Below are positions 1 to 5,745 of a DNA stretch of 35,231 bases, one piece after another. Both the position numbers and the translations under genes were made by a program. The DNA is from a virus, in IMG/VR virus record IMGVR_UViG_3300020047_008563, one strand, 5' to 3'. The notes beneath the pieces were generated by a model. The model did not search any database. It worked only from the letters and a program-made list of their open reading frames with translations, and had not been told where the DNA came from. Every line of letters begins with the position of its first letter. Position 1 is the first letter of the stretch.

Positions 1-121
1 ATAGGCTTAAACGCTTCACATTCAAGGCCGTGAGGAACGGTAGCACGCCACGTAGTTGAGCGCAATACGTGAAATCTTGAGTGGGGCGGCCAAAAAATAA
101 GTCGTTTCGACGGTTTTGTGA
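1..121. repeat. Terminal direct repeat, left copy (identical to 35111-35231)
   Basis: Read by eye: ataggcttaaacgcttcaca...gtcgtttcgacggttttgtga is present at both ends of the window, 121/121 identical. Confidence 0.95.
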
Positions 122-264
122 AGTGCATAGCTTGTCTAAAGCTTTTTCAAGGCACGAAACTGAAGGATTGGATCGGGAATACTCGTTGAACTGTGAACAG
201 CCGCATTGCCATACCCATGCACGGCCTTATAAGCGCTCCTTTGCCAAAAAAAGAAAAAAAAGAA

Positions 265-696
265 CTAACCGTTAATTTTCCAGCTTATAATTAAAGCGCC
301 AATCATCAAACAAACCGCAAAAGTAACGCTTCTCAGAGCGTCCCAATATAACAAATGGTCCCTAAGTTGTTTTAAATGCTTGGCCTCAAACACATAAAAC
401 ACGTTCTGGGCTTGATTTCCGTGGTTCATGAAATCTGGCATAGCTATCGTTGGCTCGTTTGTTTGACTTATAGGCGTGTTTAGTCGGCCAAGGTAGTCTT
501 CACTGGCTTTTTGCAAAATTTCGTATCCTGGCTCATAGGGCAGTTCGGAGATGTTCTTTTCAAGGGTCTTAAAGACCGTGAATTCATCGTTTCGGACTTC
601 TTGGAATTCAGGTTCTATAATTTGGTGGGGAAATGGTTTGAATTGGGGCTTAAAAACCCTGTTTCGTCGCCTTTTCGTTGAGGATAAACAGTGCAT
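265..696 (-). CDS. Hypothetical protein with C-terminal membrane anchor (143 aa); last gene of the minus-strand array
   Basis: ATG start; TAATG coupling with the 696-866 ORF; C-terminal hydrophobic stretch VTFAVCLMIGALIISW; followed by a T-rich tract on the minus strand. Confidence 0.6.
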   Translation of the reverse strand: MHCLSSTKRRRNRVFKPQFKPFPHQIIEPEFQEVRNDEFTVFKTLEKNISELPYEPGYEILQKASEDYLGRLNTPISQTNEPTIAMPDFMNHGNQAQNVFYVFEAKHLKQLRDHLLYWDALRSVTFAVCLMIGALIISWKING

Positions 697-866
697 TAGC
701 CATCAAGAAGATCGTCAGTCCCGTTGAGATGTATCTCAGCTTTTTTTTTGTTAATGATAGCCACGGTGTCATTGATGGAAAGCTCAAACTTACCTGGAGT
801 CTGTTCGCTCTCCTTGAAAGTGATTATTTTGCCGTCATCGCTAACGTAACTAAAAAATCGTTTCAT
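696..866 (-). CDS. Small hypothetical protein (56 aa), below the ORF-track length cut-off
   Basis: Manual translation MKRFFSYVSDDGKIITFKESEQTPGKFELSINDTVAIINKKKAEIHLNGTDDLLDG; its TAA overlaps the ATG of 265-696 (TAATG); fills an otherwise empty gap; no clear SD; contains an A9 run. Confidence 0.45.
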   Translation of the reverse strand: MKRFFSYVSDDGKIITFKESEQTPGKFELSINDTVAIINKKKAEIHLNGTDDLLDG

Positions 867-886
867 ATTTGGAGCAAAGCACAGTT

Positions 887-1183
887 TTAATGTGATGTCA
901 TTTTTTCGGCCTCAGAAGCCAAGTCTCGGGTCATTTTGTTGGCGGCCATTCTTAGATCATGAACCATCTCAGCAAAAACCGTTTCCACAGTGCCCTCGGT
1001 AAGTCTGAATAGCTCACTTTGGTCAATGAAGTAGTTTGCGCAATGGCATGTATTGCCAACCTTTTGGTGGATGATTTCGATTTGGTAAATGTCTTTATTC
1101 TCAACAAGGTTTGGACCTACGGCAATGATGCCCGTTGGGAACTTATACCGGCGTACTAGGGCTTTGAGGGCTTTGATTGTCAT
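887..1183 (-). CDS. Hypothetical protein (98 aa)
   Basis: Track ORF 887-1321 trimmed to the internal ATG at 1183, which is preceded by AGGAGAAAA; removes a 130-nt overlap with 1191-1397. Confidence 0.6.
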   Translation of the reverse strand: MTIKALKALVRRYKFPTGIIAVGPNLVENKDIYQIEIIHQKVGNTCHCANYFIDQSELFRLTEGTVETVFAEMVHDLRMAANKMTRDLASEAEKMTSH

Positions 1184-1190
1184 TTTTCTC

Positions 1191-1397
1191 CTAACAAACG
1201 AAGCATACATGCTTTTTTGTTGGATCTTCTGCACATTCGATTTCACCAAGTTTTTCATTGTATTGCCATCCATGGCTTGTACCTGATGGTTCAAAAATTT
1301 GGATTTGTTTAGTGAGATCATCTATTGATAGGTCTTTAGGACAACATACTTGTTTGTGTAAGATGTTTTCTCTTTGTGTTGTGAACGTTTTTTCCAT
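1191..1397 (-). CDS. Small Cys-containing hypothetical protein (68 aa)
   Basis: ATG preceded by AAGGAGAAAATGT; CC near N-terminus and C-terminal CFVC. Confidence 0.6.
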   Translation of the reverse strand: MEKTFTTQRENILHKQVCCPKDLSIDDLTKQIQIFEPSGTSHGWQYNEKLGEIECAEDPTKKHVCFVC

Positions 1398-1423
1398 ACA
1401 TTTTCTCCTTTAAAACGGTCTAC

Positions 1424-1678
1424 TCATTCCAGTTTCACTTCTTTTAAATCGACAAATATTTTGGTCAAACTGTACCCTACGTGCTCAAATAAATCCTCCA
1501 AACTGCGCTCGCAAACTTGAAAATGCCTGTCACGACGTGGGTAGGTAATTCGACAAAAATAAAGCGAATTTACTTCGTCCGACCATGGTGTTTTGTTGTC
1601 TACTTTGTGAAACCTTATTTCAAACCCGTTGTTTAGCGCCCATCTCGTGATGGTTTCAATGTTATAGTTCTTGTTCAT
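1424..1678 (-). CDS. Hypothetical protein (84 aa)
   Basis: ATG at 1678 with GAAGGTAAAA upstream preferred over the GTG at 1690 used by the track. Confidence 0.55.
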   Translation of the reverse strand: MNKNYNIETITRWALNNGFEIRFHKVDNKTPWSDEVNSLYFCRITYPRRDRHFQVCERSLEDLFEHVGYSLTKIFVDLKEVKLE

Positions 1679-1889
1679 TTTTACCTTCACACACAGAGCA
1701 TTTGTGCTTATCCCATTTCGGTGGATGGCCTAAAGATACCTGATGAATCCAATCTACAGCAGCCTGCGCACCTGAAAAATATTTCATTTGGATTACATTT
1801 TCTTGACGGTTATCATCTAAAACCACACCCCACAAATCAGCCTCTAGATTTCCTATTTTATAAATATGGCCCCTTCTTAGATATTTCAT
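1662..1889 (-). CDS. Hypothetical protein (75 aa), C-terminal CSVC
   Basis: ATG start, same strand and tight spacing as neighbours. Confidence 0.55.
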   Translation of the reverse strand: MKYLRRGHIYKIGNLEADLWGVVLDDNRQENVIQMKYFSGAQAAVDWIHQVSLGHPPKWDKHKCSVCEGKNEQEL

Positions 1890-1892
1890 TTT

Positions 1893-2243
1893 TCACACTT
1901 CTTCATTCCAGCGTTCTAGCCATTTCATCTGTGCCATTAGAAGTGTATGCATTCCATATGGAGTTACATCATTAGACTCTTCAATGATTTTTACTGCCTC
2001 ATTGATCGCTTTATTCGCACACTCAAGATGAACTTTGTGGCAGCCTGGGAAGTGCTTTTCTTCTACATTTTCCTTAAATTTAAGGATGCGAACAAATTCT
2101 TCTTTTGGTTGATCTAACATAGCCGCAACCGCTTCAATCTTAGAATGAAAATGTCCCACCAAAAACAAACTATCATCTATTTTAGACTTACATTCTAATA
2201 CATAAATTTCTTCTTTGGAGTCTTTAGGGTTATTCGTTTTCAT
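1893..2243 (-). CDS. Hypothetical protein (116 aa)
   Basis: ATG at 2243 preceded by AAAGGAGTTGT; the track start at 2270 has no spacer after its purine run. Confidence 0.6.
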   Translation of the reverse strand: MKTNNPKDSKEEIYVLECKSKIDDSLFLVGHFHSKIEAVAAMLDQPKEEFVRILKFKENVEEKHFPGCHKVHLECANKAINEAVKIIEESNDVTPYGMHTLLMAQMKWLERWNEEV

Positions 2244-2442
2244 ACAACTCCTTTGCGCGTTTTTCGACATCCTCTTGAGATGGTTTGGCCTTACAGCAAT
2301 GTAAGACGGTTACTGACTTGCCTGGTATATCAAAATCGGTTGTGCATATATCATAGCCATAATCTATATCGTCTTCGTGACAACTTTCACAGCAAGTACA
2401 CGATGAGCTACAGCAATAAAAGGAGTCTTTAGGGTTTGGCAT
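2230..2442 (-). CDS. Cys-rich small protein (70 aa; CCSSSCTCCESC plus CC)
   Basis: ATG start, TAATG coupling with 2442-2699; 10 Cys in 70 aa, 7 of them in a 12-residue block. Confidence 0.6.
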   Translation of the reverse strand: MPNPKDSFYCCSSSCTCCESCHEDDIDYGYDICTTDFDIPGKSVTVLHCCKAKPSQEDVEKRAKELYENE

Positions 2443-2699
2443 TAGATTTCCCCCGTTTCGACAAATTTAATAAGAATAGGCAAAAGTTTCTTAACGTCTT
2501 TTTGTGTAAGATGCATGCGAGCCATCACATCTTCTTTTCTTAAACCGGACGGACCTGATATATCTGGGCCAGTATTCTCAATACCTAACCAAATGGCGTC
2601 ATACATAGCCGCAGAGCTTTTTTGTATGCTGCATATTTGATTATATTTATCTTTGAATTTGCCATAGCTAAAACCACGTTCATTTTTAGTTATTTTCAC
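2442..2699 (-). CDS. Hypothetical protein (85 aa)
   Basis: GTG start preceded by GAGGGGGAAAA; GTGA overlap with the upstream gene. Confidence 0.6.
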   Translation of the reverse strand: MKITKNERGFSYGKFKDKYNQICSIQKSSAAMYDAIWLGIENTGPDISGPSGLRKEDVMARMHLTQKDVKKLLPILIKFVETGEI

Positions 2700-2953
2700 T
2701 TTTCCCCCTCTTTCACGCCTAGGATTTGGGCGATTTCATTTAATTTATTCCTTATCGCATTGTTTGTTCGCACAACATCACCGCTCAAAAAATCTTCATC
2801 GTTTTGGTCAATAGCGTATTCTAAGGTTAAAACAGCTATACGAAGACCTCTTAAATAATACATACACCGCCGCCTAGACATATTTTCCATCGGAGGGAGC
2901 GACGCAATAACATTCATTTCTTCATTAATGTATTTCAAAATCTCTTCGGTCAT
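2696..2953 (-). CDS. Hypothetical protein (85 aa)
   Basis: ATG start, ATGA overlap with 2950-3396. Confidence 0.6.
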   Translation of the reverse strand: MTEEILKYINEEMNVIASLPPMENMSRRRCMYYLRGLRIAVLTLEYAIDQNDEDFLSGDVVRTNNAIRNKLNEIAQILGVKEGEK

Positions 2954-3396
2954 TCTAAAATCTCATAATTTGAGTCACCATCGTCTAATCCTGCATCGCC
3001 ACGCGTACTATGGTTTTCGCAAAACTGTCTTATATGCTCACCCCATTCAATATTAGTTCTATGGCCATGATTACAACAATCGGTTTTCTTTTTTAGATAA
3101 ACTGTTGCCTTTTGAGAGCACCCTTCTTGATCGCAAAAATCTTCTTCTGAAGAAAAATAACCTCCCATATTGTCACAAGCTTCAACCCAATTGGACGCCA
3201 TAAGATAAGCCGCGTCTTGCACACTACTACAAACCCATGTTTTTCTTACAATGCCATTTCTTAAAAATTCAACCCTTGCAGAGATTCGCCATTCATCGCC
3301 GCTTAATTCGCTTTCCTTATAACGTGGAATTGTGTTTACCCTTATTTCATCAAATGCTTGCGCATCTGGTCTTAAAGTATTTCCTTTTTTATTCAT
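2950..3396 (-). CDS. Hypothetical protein (148 aa) with Cys/His-rich C-terminal half
   Basis: ATG at 3396 in ATGA overlap with 3393-3584; C-terminal CDQEGC...CCNHGH...CENH suggests metal binding. Confidence 0.6.
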   Translation of the reverse strand: MNKKGNTLRPDAQAFDEIRVNTIPRYKESELSGDEWRISARVEFLRNGIVRKTWVCSSVQDAAYLMASNWVEACDNMGGYFSSEEDFCDQEGCSQKATVYLKKKTDCCNHGHRTNIEWGEHIRQFCENHSTRGDAGLDDGDSNYEILE

Positions 3397-3584
3397 TTCA
3401 ATAGCTCCCAGTAACATTTTTTACACACATCACAATTGCTCGAACCAAAACTGAAAATGACTTCATCTTCTTTAAATATCTTTGCACAATGCGTGCATTT
3501 ATTGGCGCGATCCTTTTTACCCTTTATATTAAAATGCAAATTCTTCCTTCTCGAACCGCCCCACTTTACGCCTTGGTCTTTCAT
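3393..3584 (-). CDS. Small zinc-ribbon-like protein (63 aa)
   Basis: ATG at 3584 in ATGA overlap with 3581-3805; CTHC ... CDVCKKC motif pairs. Confidence 0.6.
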   Translation of the reverse strand: MKDQGVKWGGSRRKNLHFNIKGKKDRANKCTHCAKIFKEDEVIFSFGSSNCDVCKKCYWELLK

Positions 3585-3805
3585 TTCGTTGCCCTCCAAG
3601 CAATCACACGGCGCCCTGAAACCAAACATTCACGATGAAAATCGCCATGAATAAGCTTTTTTTGACGTAACTCTGAAACCCTTGGGGTCACACTTTCGCG
3701 TGGCCAATCCAAAATGTCGCCAATCTCTGCGTTGGTTACACCATTTTTTTCCGAATACTCCTTGATAATATCAATGACCTGTTGCTGGTTGTTGTTAAGC
3801 TTCAT
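3581..3805 (-). CDS. Winged-helix (MarR-like) DNA-binding protein (74 aa)
   Basis: VIDIIKEYSEKNGVTNAEIGDILDWPRESVTPRVSELRQKKLI followed by a wing-like SGRRVIAWR; ATGA coupling on both sides. Confidence 0.65.
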   Translation of the reverse strand: MKLNNNQQQVIDIIKEYSEKNGVTNAEIGDILDWPRESVTPRVSELRQKKLIHGDFHRECLVSGRRVIAWRATK

Positions 3806-3975
3806 GCGTTGCCTGCTTTCATGATGGCATCTACAACTTCGCCAGTTGATAATGAAACCGTGACGACTTCACCGTTTTTCATCACAAGTTTTGTATGTGT
3901 TTTTCCCAAATGGGATTCGTGGATTTCTTCGATTTGCTCAATGTCTATGTTCGACAAATCTTTGCGTGTATCCAT
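3802..3975 (-). CDS. Small hypothetical protein (57 aa), first gene of the accessory cluster
   Basis: Track start at 3990 is TTG. The ATG at 3975 lies exactly 6 nt after a TATTGT -10-like hexamer, the same geometry as two other first genes. Confidence 0.55.
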   Translation of the reverse strand: MDTRKDLSNIDIEQIEEIHESHLGKTHTKLVMKNGEVVTVSLSTGEVVDAIMKAGNA

Positions 3976-3981
3976 TTGGGT

Positions 3982-4009
3982 ACAATACAATATATTACAT
4001 TTAGATCAA
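3982..4009 (-). promoter_or_regulatory. Sigma70-like promoter candidate PA (TTGATC-16-TATTGT) containing a TGTA-pentamer array
   Basis: Minus strand reads TTGATC taaatgtaatatattg TATTGT acccaa ATG; sits in the 36-nt gap between the o-spanin stop and the 3975 start. Confidence 0.5.
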
Positions 4010-4011
4010 AA

Positions 4012-4320
4012 TTATTTTGTGTTTACGCTGTCGATTAAGTCAAGAAGGCCTGTGCGGGCGGTTTCACAAGACTTGAAAGCTTTATAGATGTTTTGCAAAT
4101 CACGGTCCACGAGGCACATGTAGCGCACGTCAACTTCATTACGTCGCATAGGAGCATCTAGGGCCGGCAATAGTTCGGCGCTTGTCCTACGCCATTCAAG
4201 GGGTACTTTTTGGGCTATTTGGCACGACACCACGTAACTCTTCCCACAACCGCTGATAATCATCGGGAGTGCGAGCGCTATCAATTTTGTTTGCAAGAAC
4301 AAGGTATTTTTTCTCTGCAT
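4012..4320 (-). CDS. o-spanin (Rz1-like outer-membrane lipoprotein), overlapped architecture
   Basis: MQRKNTLFLQTKLIALALPMIISGC = basic n-region, hydrophobic core and lipobox IISG|C. The start is embedded out of frame in the 3' end of the i-spanin gene (125-nt overlap). Confidence 0.7.
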   Translation of the reverse strand: MQRKNTLFLQTKLIALALPMIISGCGKSYVVSCQIAQKVPLEWRRTSAELLPALDAPMRRNEVDVRYMCLVDRDLQNIYKAFKSCETARTGLLDLIDSVNTK

Positions 4321-4480
4321 TGCGTGCCCTTTCTAAAGCTCTGTCGATCCCAACCCTAAGGTTGTTTTCCATGTCCAACTGTTTATCGGCCTCATGTTTT
4401 CCCCTAAATAACCACCCTATCATGGCGCCTAAAGCCACCAACACTAAGACAACGATGGCGGCTATACTTGCGGGCATCAT
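4196..4480 (-). CDS. i-spanin (Rz-like), N-terminal TM plus charged coiled-coil
   Basis: N-terminal TM ASIAAIVVLVLVALGAMIGWLF followed by a charged helical region; contains the start of the lipoprotein gene in another frame; lysis-cassette position. Confidence 0.7.
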   Translation of the reverse strand: MMPASIAAIVVLVLVALGAMIGWLFRGKHEADKQLDMENNLRVGIDRALERARNAEKKYLVLANKIDSARTPDDYQRLWEELRGVVPNSPKSTP

Positions 4481-4761
4481 TATTTATGAGGAGGGTTAAG
4501 GGTGAACTTGTCTACGTAAACCTTGAATGTCTTTTTGCCCTGGGTATTGTCGCCCAATTTGCCGGCAATCGTTTGAAGCAAGATTGAAATGGGGTAATAA
4601 AGAACCGCGATCCATCCTAAAATTGTTTTGGCTAGATCGGGCAAAGGCAAAGAAGATAAAAGCTCCAGGATAGGTTGAGACGAAGGTTGTGCTGGGGCCG
4701 TAACGTCCTGGGCAAATGCTGCAAATGTAAATAATACAAACAAAAAGTATAAGTTTTTCAT
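4480..4761 (-). CDS. Signal-peptide/2-hydrophobic-segment membrane protein in the lysis cassette (holin or antiholin candidate)
   Basis: MKNLYFLFVLFTFAAFAQD signal-like N-terminus, second TM ILGWIAVLYYPISILLQTIAG, basic C-tail; strong AAGGAG SD. Confidence 0.5.
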   Translation of the reverse strand: MKNLYFLFVLFTFAAFAQDVTAPAQPSSQPILELLSSLPLPDLAKTILGWIAVLYYPISILLQTIAGKLGDNTQGKKTFKVYVDKFTLNPPHK

Positions 4762-4772
4762 ATATCTCCTTT

Positions 4773-5306
4773 TTAAGTGTTTATCCGTCCCCCTTTAAGA
4801 CCGCGCACTTGCCTAACGCTCGCATAATTATCCAAACCTCGTTGGACATATTGCTTCACATGATCGGATTGCGCGTCTTGATAGGAGCCAGAATTGTATG
4901 AATCAAAAATCTCAACAAGGTTTGAAGCACCAAGTGAAAGCTTTTTCTTGATGTATTTGAGGACGTAATAGATCGCCACATGATCTTGTCCAAATTCTTG
5001 GGGAGTGATCTCTTTGGAAAGTCCGTATTCTCGAACGGCGATCGGGTACATCAATTGAAATGAGCTTCGAGATGTTGCGGCGTCGGACCCATGAAGCGTC
5101 CAAAGTTCTTTGTCGAAATATTTACCGCCTTGATCCCATGCAGTTTCATGCTTTGAGACGTTGTAAACGCCAAAGCTGCTTTCATTTTCCGCGATGGCGC
5201 CCAAAAGCTGAACACCTGAGATGCTTAGTGGCAAATCTTTTTCAAGCAAAACGCCGTAGTATTCAATGAGAGATTTGAGCATTCTTTGTGTTTCTATCAC
5301 TGTCAT
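4773..5306 (-). CDS. Endolysin candidate, lysozyme-like / lytic transglycosylase (SLT-type) fold
   Basis: AIAENESSFG (catalytic Glu-Ser context) and SSFQLMYP resemble SLT-domain motifs; sits between membrane proteins and spanins. Confidence 0.6.
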   Translation of the reverse strand: MTVIETQRMLKSLIEYYGVLLEKDLPLSISGVQLLGAIAENESSFGVYNVSKHETAWDQGGKYFDKELWTLHGSDAATSRSSFQLMYPIAVREYGLSKEITPQEFGQDHVAIYYVLKYIKKKLSLGASNLVEIFDSYNSGSYQDAQSDHVKQYVQRGLDNYASVRQVRGLKGGRINT

Positions 5307-5596
5307 CTCATTCTCCTTTCAGAATACCTCATAAGCAATTCTATTGTGTTCTTAAGTTCTTGCTCTTTTTCTCTTGCTCGTTCTTTTTCGTTGTCAACGA
5401 GCTCTTTGCATATGGCCCTGCTTTCATCTCTAATGAGTTGGATAAGATCGCGTGGATCCTTTCCTTCTGCTGATGCGCTAGAACCAGATTGACGGCTGAT
5501 ATTGTAAGCAGTGAGAGCACCAAGTACGGATATAACCGAAGCCACAACGTGCCCAGGCTGGGCCTTTCTTTTTTCTGTATATTGATCTCGGGCCAT
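5303..5596 (-). CDS. Single-TM protein with highly charged C-terminus (holin candidate)
   Basis: TM VVASVISVLGALTAYNI, charged tail KELVDNEKERAREKEQELK; ATGA coupling to the endolysin gene; weak SD. Confidence 0.5.
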   Translation of the reverse strand: MARDQYTEKRKAQPGHVVASVISVLGALTAYNISRQSGSSASAEGKDPRDLIQLIRDESRAICKELVDNEKERAREKEQELKNTIELLMRYSERRMR

Positions 5597-5620
5597 GTCG
5601 TGGTGCTCATAACCAAGTGT

Positions 5621-5743
5621 TCATTTTGACTGTACACGTGTGGACTCCGCTTGGTCATGAGATGCCTTTTTTTTTGCGTCACATTCAGGACATGCCTGTT
5701 GTTTAAGTTTCCATGTTTTACATTTTTTGCATTGTTCGGTCAT
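5621..5743 (-). CDS. Mini zinc-ribbon protein (40 aa), below the ORF-track cut-off
   Basis: Manual translation MTEQCKKCKTWKLKQQACPECDAKKKASHDQAESTRVQSK; GGGAGG SD 5 nt upstream; starts 2 nt after the tail-fibre stop. Confidence 0.5.
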   Translation of the reverse strand: MTEQCKKCKTWKLKQQACPECDAKKKASHDQAESTRVQSK

Positions 5744-5745
5744 AC

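Noticed and set aside
101-111. GTCG-ttt-CGAC hairpin flanked by A- and T-runs inside the terminal repeat as a bidirectional terminator
   Set aside because: A stem of only 4 bp is too weak to call.
81-275. Plus-strand 64-aa ORF in the non-coding region
   Set aside because: It has a GTG start without an SD and gives a basic low-complexity product caused by the A-rich tract. Nothing supports it as a gene.
678-890. Plus-strand 70-aa ORF
   Set aside because: It has a TTG start and no SD, and is antisense to a well-placed minus-strand 56-aa ORF that is stop-start coupled to the next gene. It would be the only plus-strand gene within the coding array.
5341-5682. 113-aa ORF overlapping both the zinc-ribbon mini-ORF and the 5303-5596 gene
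   Set aside because: The competing 5303-5596 frame ends in an ATGA overlap with the endolysin gene and has a more protein-like charged coiled tail. It is kept only as a low-interest slippage hypothesis.
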